Positions 21,194 to 31,982 are shown, counted from the stretch's first letter. The stretch is 64,000 nucleotides of DNA from Verrucomicrobiota bacterium (GCA_027622665.1 JAQBYT010000012.1:36080-100079); one strand, 5' to 3'. Notes: generated by a model from the letters alone, not told the origin. Numbers and translations are program-made.

Positions 21194-21800
21194 TTACCTT
21201 CTACGGATTATCGTATTAGTTTTTGGGCTAGCACAAACAGCATCAAGCAACTTCATCCACGAACCCATATAGTGGCCATGCTCCCAGAAGATACGACTGC
21301 TGACGAGATTGCCATCAATAACGCAAGGTTCTATCGACAGAAGTGCCGCCACACACCTCTAGATCGAATTTGCACTTGGCCACAGTAGCCATGCGACAAC
21401 CATGCGGAAAAGTCGGCCCGAGCGGGAATTCAGACGCCGTTACAGAAGCTAGCTCTGGGTGCGTTCTTCTCAAAAAACAGTGCGTTATACAGAGAAAATC
21501 CTCGTCCTCGCGAATGTACTCAGGAGCATGTCCGCCACTGAAAAAGATACCTGGATATTCTTCAGGATTAACATCCTTGAAGGCAATTTCAGCGGGCATC
21601 GCATAACCCTCCCATTACGGGGTAATGGTCCATCCCTGCTTAAGGCCTGATGCATAACCATTTGGGTATTCGCACTGCTCGGGTGCGGCCATAACGGGTT
21701 CGAGTCCGCCCTCGATGAGGCGGATGTATGGAGACATGGTGTCAATAGTCTCTGAAGCATCACCGAAAATAATAAGAACTTTTGATTTATCGCTATTGAG
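21194..21800 (-). pseudogene. DJ-1/PfpI family protein, disrupted
   Basis: Collinear pieces KVLIIFGDASETIDT..PY.RL.EGG.EPV.AAP / QMVMH / GWTITP*WEGY (in-frame TAA 21615-21617) / FFSGGHAPEYIRED / MATVAKCKFDLEVCGG / GNLVSSR...HGHYMG. Several frameshifts. Confidence 0.85.
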
Positions 21801-21883
21801 ACTTCCCTTGTGCCGAAATATAAGATGGGCAAGCATCTAATTATTTCTTGCTTGCAGTATATCACTTGGAGAAGATGCGAGGC

Positions 21884-23215
21884 ATGAATCAACCATCATC
21901 CAGACGCACCTTTCTCGGGCAAGCCGGCGGCGGCATCGCCTTTCCTTTCTTAGCAAAGAGCTCATGGGCCAAGTCACCCCCGAGCGAAACCGTGCGTCAC
22001 GCCAGCTTTGGTGGGGGCGGCATGGCCGGGGCGGACGTTGGTTCCATCTCCTCTCATCCAAACGTCACCGTGGCGGCCATCGTCGAGATCGACGCCGGAC
22101 GACGGAAACAGATACAGCAACGCTTTAGCAAAGCCACAGTCTACGCAGACTGGCGCGAAATGCTCGAGAAGGAGGCGAACAATCTCGACACGGTAAACAT
22201 CTCCGTGCCAGATCATATGCACGCCTGCATGGGAATGTCGGCGATGCAACGCGGATTACACGTTTACGGACAGAAACCGTTGACGCACGACGTTTTCGAA
22301 TCACGCGCCCTGACCGAGTATGCAAAGGAAAAGAAACTCGTTACTCAGATGGGCATCCAAATCCACTCCTCTTCACAGTATCGTACTGCCGTGCAACTGG
22401 TACACGACGGAGTAATAGGTAAGGTGAAGGAAGCTCACTCCTTCAGCAACAAGCGTTGGGGAGACTCTAACCCAAAACCGGACCGAAAGGATCCCGTTCC
22501 CGAAGGCTTCAACTGGGACAACTGGATCGGGCCTGCTCCCTACACCGACTTTCTCAAGGGTTACTATCACCCGGGCCAATGGCGCAAACGCTTGGACTAT
22601 GGCACGGGCACTTTTGGGGACATGGGCTGCCATATCTACGACCCCGTATTCAAGGCGCTCGGTCTCACCTACCCCATCTCCCTCCGCTCCGAGGGACCCA
22701 TGCCAAACGACCACAACTGGGGCTTCGACGCCAAGATCCACTACATTTTCCCGAACACCCCATATTCAGCAGGCAAAACCCTAGCCGTAACTTGGTATGA
22801 CGGTGGCGCCCGCCCACCCGCCGAGGTCACCAAACTCCTTGAGGGGAAGAAGCTGCCCGGACAAGGCTCCGTGGTAATAGGAACGAAGGGCACGATGCTC
22901 ATCCCACATGTCGGAAATCCCGAACTTTTCCCAAAAAAGGACTTTGCCGACTTCAAAATACCTAAGGTGGAAGGGATAAACCACTGGCACAGCTTCATCG
23001 ATGGCGCCCGTGGCGCAGGTCCCATGCCATCGGCCAATTTCTCCTATGCCGGCCCCTTGTCCGAAACCGTCCTGCTGGGAGGAGTTGCCACCCGTTTCCC
23101 AAAAGAAACATTGCGATGGGAGGCGGAAAAACTGTCCTTTTCCGGAAACGAAAAAGCTACGGCTCTCATCCGCAAGAAATACCGCAAAGGTTGGGAAGTC
23201 GAAGGTCTAGGCTAA
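21884..23215 (+). CDS. Gfo/Idh/MocA oxidoreductase, Tat-exported
   Basis: SRRTFL Tat motif, GGGGMA, PDHMH, YGQKPLTH, GTGTFGDMGCH, YRKGW. Confidence 0.92.
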   Translation: MNQPSSRRTFLGQAGGGIAFPFLAKSSWAKSPPSETVRHASFGGGGMAGADVGSISSHPNVTVAAIVEIDAGRRKQIQQRFSKATVYADWREMLEKEANNLDTVNISVPDHMHACMGMSAMQRGLHVYGQKPLTHDVFESRALTEYAKEKKLVTQMGIQIHSSSQYRTAVQLVHDGVIGKVKEAHSFSNKRWGDSNPKPDRKDPVPEGFNWDNWIGPAPYTDFLKGYYHPGQWRKRLDYGTGTFGDMGCHIYDPVFKALGLTYPISLRSEGPMPNDHNWGFDAKIHYIFPNTPYSAGKTLAVTWYDGGARPPAEVTKLLEGKKLPGQGSVVIGTKGTMLIPHVGNPELFPKKDFADFKIPKVEGINHWHSFIDGARGAGPMPSANFSYAGPLSETVLLGGVATRFPKETLRWEAEKLSFSGNEKATALIRKKYRKGWEVEGLG

Positions 23216-23239
23216 GACTTACCCGTAGCAAAAAAACCT

Positions 23240-24907
23240 TTAAAAGTCGCCAAAGAGACTGCTCTTGCCAGCCTTTTTCGCTCGGCAGTCCTTGCAGACG
23301 CAAGCGGACCCGTGGTCGTTTTCAGCCTTTGATTTAGGTTTGCGGGGATCGGGGCGTACTGGTTTTGATGCAACCGAGTCAAGGATGTTGGCAGGCTTTT
23401 GCGGTTGCAATGGCCGACCGGTAGTAATGCCGGGAGTCGATCCCCCGGCGACTACGGGCGTCTCAGGGGACGATGCCTTAACGGGAAGAGTTGGCTTTGC
23501 TCCAGACGACAATCCAGTCACCGAGGTAGGCTTGGGACGAAATGATGGGGTGCCAGGCTTCGAGAGCAAGGAATTGACTTCGCTAGACACCTTGTGAGCA
23601 TGGGCAAGGTAGCGGGGTCGAGCAGCCTCCGCGAAATTGGTATGGGCGATTGGCACGGATGCGAGAAACTTATCGCTTGTAGACTGCGACACGATAAGAA
23701 CTGCTGGTGCACTGGGGTGAAAACGAAGTGCCTTGAGAGCATTCCCTGATGGAACGGGAATCTTCACTTGTTGCGTACGGTCCTGCAAGGTGACCAACTT
23801 GTTGCCCTGGATGTGCAAGGGAAAAACTAAAGTCGAATTCTTCAAGGCCCAAGCAACCACCTTGGCATCGTCACCAGGTGACTCGGCTTGAGTTTGCACA
23901 GGGCGAACGGAAGGCGTTGGAGTGGAGGCAACAACGGTCGGAGAGCTAGCAACCATCGACTTGGAAGCCGATGCCAACCGCCGCTCGACGTCCGCAAGCT
24001 GTCCCTTGAGTTGGTTAAGCTCCACATCCTTACCCATCGACTCGGAAACTTGGGCTAGAAGGTCCTCTCTCTCCTTCGAAAGTTTCGCTTTCTCTGCTTT
24101 CAAAATTTCATTCTGAGACTCCAAACGAGCCTTCAGTCCTTGATAAAATTCTTCGTTTTCGGTAAGCTCATCGACTTTCTCCTGAAGCGTCGAGTCGCCT
24201 ACGGCAGTTTCCCCACCCCCACCCGTAACGAGAGAAACAGTCAAGCCTGCCAGGCTTAAAACCGCTACGAGAGTAGCCGCAATAGCAGGCCAACCAAAGG
24301 AAGATTTCTTGACCGACTGCCCCTTGAAGGCGTCCTGCATACCCTTTACCTTGCCCTGCATTTGCCGAAGAGCCTGATCCTTGGTCGAACCGGTGTGGGA
24401 AGCCTGCTTCAATTGATGCAAGGAAGCTTGTAACTCCTTGCCCATGTCGACGACCTTTCCGTTACCCTCGACAAGACGATTCGATAAAATGCTCGCTATG
24501 TTTAAGCAGAGTTGTCCACCCGCGGGACCACCTTGGCCAATGAACTCAAGCATGCGCTCGTGATCGATGCGCCACAAAATACTTTCACCCGAGGCCTGAA
24601 CGTCGGCGGAAGCGACTCCACCACTAAGAAAAGCCATTTCACCAAAGGCTTCACCCTGCCCAAGAGAAGCTATAAATTGGCTTTGCCCTTGATCGTTTCT
24701 CTTGTTAATGCCGACTTCACCCGAAATAACAAGGTAAAGGTAGTTCTGCTGCTGCCCGTCGGCGACAAGAGTTTCGTCATCGGCAAGCACCCATTCACCC
24801 GCGAACTTGAGAGCCTCCAAGTTGAATTCGTCGATATTTGCACACAAACCCTCAAGCGGCATTTCATAGCCTGCTTCTTCCACGTCTTCACGATGCAACA
24901 ATTTCAT
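23240..24907 (-). CDS. Cyclic-nucleotide-binding domain membrane protein with coiled coils and a Pro-rich tail
   Basis: N-terminal cNMP fold (LYLVISGEV...GEAFGEMAFL), one TM helix (WPAIAATLVAVLSLAGLTV), coiled coil, C-terminal HGSACVCKDC; strong GGAGGAG RBS. Confidence 0.8.
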   Translation of the reverse strand: MKLLHREDVEEAGYEMPLEGLCANIDEFNLEALKFAGEWVLADDETLVADGQQQNYLYLVISGEVGINKRNDQGQSQFIASLGQGEAFGEMAFLSGGVASADVQASGESILWRIDHERMLEFIGQGGPAGGQLCLNIASILSNRLVEGNGKVVDMGKELQASLHQLKQASHTGSTKDQALRQMQGKVKGMQDAFKGQSVKKSSFGWPAIAATLVAVLSLAGLTVSLVTGGGGETAVGDSTLQEKVDELTENEEFYQGLKARLESQNEILKAEKAKLSKEREDLLAQVSESMGKDVELNQLKGQLADVERRLASASKSMVASSPTVVASTPTPSVRPVQTQAESPGDDAKVVAWALKNSTLVFPLHIQGNKLVTLQDRTQQVKIPVPSGNALKALRFHPSAPAVLIVSQSTSDKFLASVPIAHTNFAEAARPRYLAHAHKVSSEVNSLLSKPGTPSFRPKPTSVTGLSSGAKPTLPVKASSPETPVVAGGSTPGITTGRPLQPQKPANILDSVASKPVRPDPRKPKSKAENDHGSACVCKDCRAKKAGKSSLFGDF

Positions 24908-25074
24908 GGATGCTCTCCTCCGATTTATTTGCTAGCTTTCAGCTCTGTCAAAAAACATAAAACCGAACCAAGTCTGTCTTGGCAAGAGCCTTGTAAAAAA
25001 GTCTAGGAACACGTTTGAGGCAATATTGCTTCGATAAATAAGGCAGAGCCGTGCTCCGCTAAAATCGAGAAGGT

Positions 25075-25620
25075 TTAGTCCTCCGACGCTTCGCGACGCA
25101 GTTGGGCTTCGATTTCAATTTTAGCTGCGTACTCGGCCAAGGCTCGAATTACGTATTCTACCGCTTCCACCGCCTGAGGAAAAGACTTCCGGCGCTCGAT
25201 CACGTCCCAGGGAGGATACTCATAGGTGGAGAACAGATAACGAACGAAATTGCCGATGCGAAGACGAAGATAAAATTCAGTTATGAATTGCCTGATAAAA
25301 CGTATCGGTTGCGTGGCAAAAGAAACTTTGTAGCCCAGAAAATGGGTAACCACATCAATGCACTTTTTCTTATGGGGAAAAGCCTCCAGTATTCTATCAT
25401 CGCCAAGAACAATCCGTAGGAAATGGTCATCGAACTGGAAATCCACCTCGGTTGAGCCTTCGAACTTTGATTCAATTCTCCTGACAGCTTGTAGAAAGGG
25501 GCGAAAACTGGAATGAGGCTTGTTGACAGGCCCAGAGCGAGCCTTCTCTTCCTGCTCACGACGAAGTAACTCTTCACGAGCTGAAGCCACTTCACTGTTA
25601 AAGAATTCTTCAATGTTCAT
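25075..25620 (-). CDS. Hypothetical protein
   Basis: 181-aa ATG ORF filling the gap between recognisable genes; no motif recognised. Confidence 0.55.
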   Translation of the reverse strand: MNIEEFFNSEVASAREELLRREQEEKARSGPVNKPHSSFRPFLQAVRRIESKFEGSTEVDFQFDDHFLRIVLGDDRILEAFPHKKKCIDVVTHFLGYKVSFATQPIRFIRQFITEFYLRLRIGNFVRYLFSTYEYPPWDVIERRKSFPQAVEAVEYVIRALAEYAAKIEIEAQLRREASED

Positions 25621-25935
25621 TTAAGTCAAAAAAACGGAATGGCAGATCAAGGCACGGGAACCGACAAAAGAAAAAAAACTGGGCGGCCACGGAAACAAGC
25701 TGGATATACTATACTATAGAAGCAAATAGTCACATCTTATATTAGCCAAATGTACCGAAATCATGCATTTTTTTTTACAAGATTCCCATTCCCCATTATC
25801 TAACAATCACTTATGAGATTTATTTTTTTTAGGAATGTAAATTACAAAACGAGAAAGCAGAGTCATTCATAATAGTTTCGAACCTGAATTCAGATGCCAA
25901 CAAAAGACCGGGACTCCCTCTATTGATGAACGAAA

Positions 25936-28900
25936 CTAGAGGTAATTCGAAGAGGGAATCATGGTGAAAACAATATTCAGGGTGATTTTTTCCGCAGATA
26001 GACCCGTTAGGACAGAAAGAGCCTTCCGGTAAAACTCGAGCTGTTTGCGATGTCGCTCTGCGCCCACCTCGAAATCGGCATCGCTCGTCATGTCTCTGTC
26101 AGTCTTGTAGTCGATGATTTCGGCAGACAACCATCGACCGGAAGCATCTTGCCTAAGAACCACTCGATCGAAGGTGCCGTTTACCAATTCGCCCTCCGAC
26201 AGTAGACTGAAAGTTTGCTCACGCCAGACCACGCTGGCACCCTCGGGCTTGGCGAAGAGAGCACGGGTATCCTTGTTTTCCAATACTTTGCGAATATGCT
26301 CGAATGCAGTTTCCGAAGCTTTCTCCCTAATTTCCAATAAGGACCCTTCAACGGCAGGATCGTCTTCCAACCACTCGATTCTTTCAAAGAGCTCATGGAC
26401 TTCAGTTCCAAGATCCGTGGCTCTGGCTCGCTTCTTTCCGAAGAGAGATTCGCCGAGTATAACTTTATCGTGCTTCGAAGGATTCGTAGGGGATACTAAT
26501 GAAGTAACGGTGGAAAGCGAATCATCAACCTGCAGGAAAGACGAAAGGGCATCTGAAGATTCGGAACTTTGCGAACCATGTTCGGCAAACCATCCGGGCG
26601 AACCTCTCGAGTGGCGAAGCTCCATCTCGTCTGTCGAAAGGGGTAGTATGGATTCAACGTGTTCGCGGTCCTCTTCGGAAACGGTGGAGAGGGACTGGTT
26701 CAACAACTCAACGTAGTTAACGGGCGGATCTTTTTTTTCGACCGGGCACTTGGAAAGTAAGTAAAGGCCCTGTCGAGGACGCGTCATCCCAACGTAAAGT
26801 TTGCAAAGGTTTTCAAAAACGGCTTCGCCTCGATCGGCAGCTATTATTCCGGCCAACGTCGAGTCGGCTCCTGAGAAAAGCGAATTGGGCCAATCAAGCG
26901 TCCACTCCACTCCCTCTCCGTCTGCCGAACTCTTGACGTATAGATCCAGAGGGGATCCTTGTGGACCTCGACGCAAAGCATCGAGAGCATTTCCGTCCAA
27001 CTCGGGAAGAATGACCATATCGAAAGTCAAGCCCTTGGACTTGTGTATAGTCATCACACGAACGCTTGTTTCGGAAGCGCCAGCCGAGGATTCGCTGCCC
27101 TTGGCAAACTCAATGAAGGCATCTACGTCTCGCGAACCCGTCTCATCGAAACACCGGGCAAGATCCTCAAAATGACGTAAACGCAGCAAGCAAAATGTCC
27201 GAGCGGTTTCCTCGACCTCCTTCAAGGCTCGTCCACCCCACTCCTTCAATACAGCTGCAAATCCTTCGACGTAAACTTGTTGAAGAACCCTTATCAAGGC
27301 GGAATTCAATTCATGGGGTTCACCACTGGGCGCGAGCAGTCGACCAAAAGGCGTCATCCGCAAATGGCCTCGCGAAAACCCATCCTCGGGATGAACCGCT
27401 GCCCGCAACAAGGACAGCAAGGCGACGGAAAACGGATTATCCGAACCCGGGTTGGCACCGACCTCGTTCTCCACCGGCACCTCGGGCAGTTCCAGACGGA
27501 GAAGGTCCACCAGTTCCCGGGCAGTACTTCGACGCTGAGTCAGCACGGCGCAGGATAGACCTCGGGCGACGGGATCAATTCCCCGTATCAGCGCAACCAG
27601 AGCCTGCTTGCGCTCGTCATCTTCGTTCGATGTCCACCAAGCCACGTGACCTTGCAAGTTCTCCGTCAATTCGGAAGGCTTGTGAGGATCCCAAACGCCC
27701 TCCCAGCGAGGACAGGAAAGAGTCGTTGAGGACAGCTTGCCGAAAACGTCGTTTACCGTGTCCAGTACGTCGCAACCTGATCGCCATGACTTGCTCAAGC
27801 TACGATTCTCAAGTCGAGCCCCGTAGCGTGTCTTGAGTACCTCAAAAAGACGCGAGTCGCCCCCGCGCCAGCCATAGATCGCTTGCTTTACATCGCCCAC
27901 GCAGAAAAAGGCCCGGCCATCATCGGGGTCGTTGATGGCTTCCTCGACCAAGTTCCGCAACACTCTCCACTGAGCGGGCGAGGTGTCCTGAAACTCATCC
28001 AGCAACCAGTGTCGGTATTCGCCATCCAAGCGAAACTCGACCTCCATTTTCGCAAGCGGATCGTCGTGTCGACCTAGTAACAGCGGCAAGTCGGCGAAGG
28101 TCAACCCGCCTCGAGATCGCACCTGTTTGTCGAACACCGAGTCGGCCACGGAAAGGGCTCTGTAAGCCCCTTGTGTCCGAAGCATCCGCCGCTCGAACTC
28201 TCGTCTAAGAATGGATTGAACGACTCGCGAAAGTGGTTCGCAAAAAAATTCCGCCAAGGCGAAATCAGTGCTGCCGTGCTTGATCTCGTAACCCTCACCC
28301 GGTCTCGAAGGCCCCAAGCCCGTGATCACTCGCTTGAGGAGCGCGGAAGCACCCTTAAAACCAACAGCGGGACTCCATTTTTCCAGCGCATCAAAGGCGG
28401 TAAGCCACTTATCCAAATCCCCTTCCTTAAAGGCGGGTTCCGAAAAGGCGTTGCCCGAAATCAGACCGCGACAGGCTGCAAGGTCCGCAGCAGGATCATA
28501 CCCCTCATCCAAATCCAGCCAAGGCGCCCCTCCGGGCCATATCGCGCCCGAGCGACCCCACCGCTCCTCCTCTGGGCAAAGATTACGAAGAATCCTAAAG
28601 TGCTTGGATACCTTCATCATCCAATCGGCGAACTGGCGGTCGTCCGAACCTTCGCGAGCCTGCCTGTAGGCCGAACCCAGACAATCACGAAGAGGTCCCG
28701 ACTCTCGCCCCTGCCGAAAAAGCATTTCCAAGGCCCGCCCCAATTCAATTTGCAGGGAGCTCTCGTCGAGGATGGAAAAATCTCCGCTCAAACCATGTTC
28801 CAGCGGGAAACGGGACAAGATCCTGTGAAAAAAGGAATCCAGCGTCCCGAGAGTCAACTTGTGCATGACTCTGAGCAACTCCGCCAGCTTCAGACGATAG

Positions 28901-29160
28901 TCACCGCCCGATACGCTCACTTCCAGTCGTGTGTTTAACCGGCCGCGGGCCTTGTCGTCGGATGCGGCTTCCGCCAGCTTTTGGAGAATCGCGTCGAAAA
29001 ACTCGCCAGCCGCCTTACGGGAAAAAGTGAGGGCCACGATACTTTCCGGTTTCTCCCCCGCCAGCAGCAAGCCGAGGTAACGATCCGTCAATTGAAATGT
29101 TTTGCCGCTGCCCGCGGAAGCCGTGATCAACTCGCGTCTGGGGCCCCGACCACTCATCAC
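25936..29160 (-). CDS. addA: UvrD-family helicase with a C-terminal RecB-family nuclease (AddA-like)
   Basis: ASAGSGKT, LTFSRKAA, LLDEFQDTS, VGDVKQAIYGWRG, MTIHKSKGL, YVGMTR, GTFDRVV...IIDYKT. Confidence 0.9.
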   Translation of the reverse strand: MMSGRGPRRELITASAGSGKTFQLTDRYLGLLLAGEKPESIVALTFSRKAAGEFFDAILQKLAEAASDDKARGRLNTRLEVSVSGGDYRLKLAELLRVMHKLTLGTLDSFFHRILSRFPLEHGLSGDFSILDESSLQIELGRALEMLFRQGRESGPLRDCLGSAYRQAREGSDDRQFADWMMKVSKHFRILRNLCPEEERWGRSGAIWPGGAPWLDLDEGYDPAADLAACRGLISGNAFSEPAFKEGDLDKWLTAFDALEKWSPAVGFKGASALLKRVITGLGPSRPGEGYEIKHGSTDFALAEFFCEPLSRVVQSILRREFERRMLRTQGAYRALSVADSVFDKQVRSRGGLTFADLPLLLGRHDDPLAKMEVEFRLDGEYRHWLLDEFQDTSPAQWRVLRNLVEEAINDPDDGRAFFCVGDVKQAIYGWRGGDSRLFEVLKTRYGARLENRSLSKSWRSGCDVLDTVNDVFGKLSSTTLSCPRWEGVWDPHKPSELTENLQGHVAWWTSNEDDERKQALVALIRGIDPVARGLSCAVLTQRRSTARELVDLLRLELPEVPVENEVGANPGSDNPFSVALLSLLRAAVHPEDGFSRGHLRMTPFGRLLAPSGEPHELNSALIRVLQQVYVEGFAAVLKEWGGRALKEVEETARTFCLLRLRHFEDLARCFDETGSRDVDAFIEFAKGSESSAGASETSVRVMTIHKSKGLTFDMVILPELDGNALDALRRGPQGSPLDLYVKSSADGEGVEWTLDWPNSLFSGADSTLAGIIAADRGEAVFENLCKLYVGMTRPRQGLYLLSKCPVEKKDPPVNYVELLNQSLSTVSEEDREHVESILPLSTDEMELRHSRGSPGWFAEHGSQSSESSDALSSFLQVDDSLSTVTSLVSPTNPSKHDKVILGESLFGKKRARATDLGTEVHELFERIEWLEDDPAVEGSLLEIREKASETAFEHIRKVLENKDTRALFAKPEGASVVWREQTFSLLSEGELVNGTFDRVVLRQDASGRWLSAEIIDYKTDRDMTSDADFEVGAERHRKQLEFYRKALSVLTGLSAEKITLNIVFTMIPSSNYL

Positions 29161-31982
29161 GCCCCCTCCCCTTCTTCGCCGAGCGGGATCGTGGCCAAAG
29201 TCGAGTCGTGGAAGAAAAGATCCTTGAAGTCATCGTATGTGACTTTTCTCCGTGGGGTGCAGGAAAGCCCCGACTGCAGGTCCGCGATCACGCCCTTGGC
29301 GCAGGCCATGGCGCTCGCCATCAACTCCTCGTCCAGTTCCTCCCAAACCGTGACGCCGACGGTTTCGGACGACAAATTAAAATACCCCACCGTCACCTCC
29401 TTGTCCGCTAACCCAAGGTCGTCCTCGTCCTGTGCCCACCATCGGTACAGGGGCAGTTGCAGTCCCGTCCAGCGCTTCTCCAGAGGTTTTCCCCTCTTGT
29501 CCAGTCCCATGAACCTGGCGTACTCGGGAAACTGCTCGGGTTCGCGACCGGCGGAACCCCAATGGGCCTCGGCAGGCGAGTTCAAGGAAGTCTTGTAGTC
29601 CAGCACGCGAATGGAGCCATCGGCTTCATGCATGTCCACCCGATCCACCTTGCCACCCACGAAAATGCCATCTAGTTCCTTGCTAAACAGATCCTCCGCT
29701 CGAATGGGAATCCAGCCCGCCCGGCGTTCCTTGGCCTGCTGATCGGCCGCCTGCGAAAGTCGAAGCCATGCGGATTCCTTCTGCTGCAAAAGGGGCAACC
29801 CGGGATTGACCCCATAGCTTTTGGCGAAGACCTGGTTCAAGGCGCCCTTCAGAAAACTGCGGATAAGATCGGCGTCGTCGGATTGCCTCACCTCCTCGTC
29901 GCGGCCTAAAACTTCAAGCACGTTGTGCACCAGAGAACCGAAATCCATGCTGTCGCCCTCGCTCTTTAGAGGGTCGAATGAATCCATCTCCAGAAACCGC
30001 TTGAGATGAAAACGGTACGGGCAATCAAGGAAACTCGAAAATGCCGTCACCGAAATCTTCTCGGGACGCACGACGGGCCCGGGGTCCAGCCTCCAGGCGA
30101 AGCGCCAAGCCGGGCTTTCCTCCTCGTTGGCGGGTTCGGCGAATAGCTTTTTCACCCGAGAGGGCAAGGCGTCCTCATCACTTTCGTCGCAGAGAAAAAG
30201 CAAGCGCGAAGGTTTCAGCGGATCGCCACCGGAGCGCCATTTGCCGAGCAGGAAATCCACTCGTCCCCCACCCTCTCTCGAGGCCACGATCCACTGCAGC
30301 AAGTAGGCGTCGCGGGCGAAACGCACATCACTCGTCCACAGTCCCAGTTCTCTTCGCAAGTTCTCGGGCAGGAAGGTATCGCCGGGCACGGTCTCGGGCA
30401 CGCAACCCTCGTTGAACCCCACCAAGATCAACCGGGGGGCATCCTCCCATGGCAACTCGAGCCAGCCCTGCATGGGCAAGGAACCGGGTTCAACATCGCG
30501 GGAAATCCGCTCCCCTCGCAACAGTTCCAGAAGGAGGGAAAAAGTCTCTTCGCCCGTCCGTTCGCCCAAGGAATCCAACTCATCCAAGCTTTCCATAAAC
30601 GGCTTCGACAAGGAAATGAAGGAGGCATCCGCGAGGTTATCCTCGCGGAACTCGCGCTTGGCCGTGGCCTCCAGCAAAAAGCCTCGCAACGTTTCGGCAA
30701 AGCTCGGGCCCTTCAACTTTTCCGCCAGCTCGGAAAGCCTCCGCAACACCTCGCGCAACTCGTCCCTCGCCAGATTCATCGCATCCGCCAAGGTAACTGG
30801 TATTCGCTTACTACCAAGCTCATCCAAGCCGCAAAGCAATTCTCGGGCATCCATTCCCACGCCCTCGCTTTCGAGCCAGCTGCGCGTATCGGGAAACCGC
30901 AATACGATGGCAGCCTGCCGAAAGGAGGAATCGACCACCAACCCGGCCAAAGCGGCCAGCAAGGCGTAAAAGGGAGACCCGGTTGCGGAATCCCCCTCGG
31001 GATCGGACAACGCAAAAGGAAGCTCGCTCTCCTCGGCCGCCCGTTGCAGGTAGGGCTTGGCCTCCGCATCCACTACGCCCAGCGACACCCGCCCGCCGGG
31101 TTCGTTCCCGTAAGGCGCCAAGACCTGCATCACCGCCTTGGCTTGGGAACGCTCGTCCCGCAGAAGGTGCAATCGGTCGTCCGTCACGGGTCCGGGACGC
31201 TTCTCCCAAGCCGACCGCAAGGGTCTCCCCCACTCATCAAAAAGATCTCCCGGAGCCTCCCCCTCGGGCCCGAAGGAAAGGACCTCCACCGGCACTCCCA
31301 TGGCGACCACTTTCTCCAAGGCGATTCTCCCCAGCTCAGGAAAACCCGGAACACCCGGCAATAGCACTCTCTTCACCTCGGGCGGCAACTCAGGGTTATT
31401 GGCCGCCTCCCGGTTGGCGTCGAGAGGATCGCACAGGCCGGCGGCGCTCAGGGATTCTCGATAACGCCGCTCGAGCCTCGCCAAATCCTGCCAGCGATCA
31501 CCCTCCCCCCACTGCAGGGCGAGACCTCCGCTTGCCACCGAACCGCAATCGAAATCACCCTCGGAAAGCGACTTGCGCAACCCGTGCAAAGCCTTCCCCA
31601 CGGCACGCCCCCAAGCCGCATCGGGATTGTCGGGAGCCTTCGGGAACAAGGCCAAGTAATCATCGGTATCTATCCCCGACAGCACCTCCGACCAATGCAG
31701 CAGGCAAGCCAAGTCCGAAGCTACGGGAATCTCCCCCGGAATAGGTCGAAACAGAAAGGCCGGCGTCACGAAACGAGGTGGCAACACTCCCTGCCCGCGT
31801 TCGGCTGCCCGGCGAGCCAAGGCCAGCGTCAAGCGGCGCCCCGCACCCTTCGTCTGGCCCAGTACCAGAAGGTCCCCGAGGTCGAGCGGGCCCTTGCCCT
31901 CCCAGCCCTCGCACAAGAAATCCGCAACCGCCTCCGGGGCGGACCGGTTCCATGCCGACAACCTATGCGTTTTTCCCTCCAT
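29157..31982 (-). CDS. addB: PD-(D/E)XK nuclease family protein (AddB-like)
   Basis: Inactivated-helicase-like N-terminus, GWLELPW, GFNEG.VP, SVTAFSSFLDCPYRF, GKVDRVD...VLDYKT, QLPLY; overlaps the addA start. Confidence 0.85.
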   Translation of the reverse strand: MEGKTHRLSAWNRSAPEAVADFLCEGWEGKGPLDLGDLLVLGQTKGAGRRLTLALARRAAERGQGVLPPRFVTPAFLFRPIPGEIPVASDLACLLHWSEVLSGIDTDDYLALFPKAPDNPDAAWGRAVGKALHGLRKSLSEGDFDCGSVASGGLALQWGEGDRWQDLARLERRYRESLSAAGLCDPLDANREAANNPELPPEVKRVLLPGVPGFPELGRIALEKVVAMGVPVEVLSFGPEGEAPGDLFDEWGRPLRSAWEKRPGPVTDDRLHLLRDERSQAKAVMQVLAPYGNEPGGRVSLGVVDAEAKPYLQRAAEESELPFALSDPEGDSATGSPFYALLAALAGLVVDSSFRQAAIVLRFPDTRSWLESEGVGMDARELLCGLDELGSKRIPVTLADAMNLARDELREVLRRLSELAEKLKGPSFAETLRGFLLEATAKREFREDNLADASFISLSKPFMESLDELDSLGERTGEETFSLLLELLRGERISRDVEPGSLPMQGWLELPWEDAPRLILVGFNEGCVPETVPGDTFLPENLRRELGLWTSDVRFARDAYLLQWIVASREGGGRVDFLLGKWRSGGDPLKPSRLLFLCDESDEDALPSRVKKLFAEPANEEESPAWRFAWRLDPGPVVRPEKISVTAFSSFLDCPYRFHLKRFLEMDSFDPLKSEGDSMDFGSLVHNVLEVLGRDEEVRQSDDADLIRSFLKGALNQVFAKSYGVNPGLPLLQQKESAWLRLSQAADQQAKERRAGWIPIRAEDLFSKELDGIFVGGKVDRVDMHEADGSIRVLDYKTSLNSPAEAHWGSAGREPEQFPEYARFMGLDKRGKPLEKRWTGLQLPLYRWWAQDEDDLGLADKEVTVGYFNLSSETVGVTVWEELDEELMASAMACAKGVIADLQSGLSCTPRRKVTYDDFKDLFFHDSTLATIPLGEEGEGA

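Noticed and set aside
25621..25935. AT-rich intergenic stretch as a possible ncRNA or origin
   Set aside because: No stable structure, DnaA-box array or recognisable RNA motif found; probably just a promoter region.
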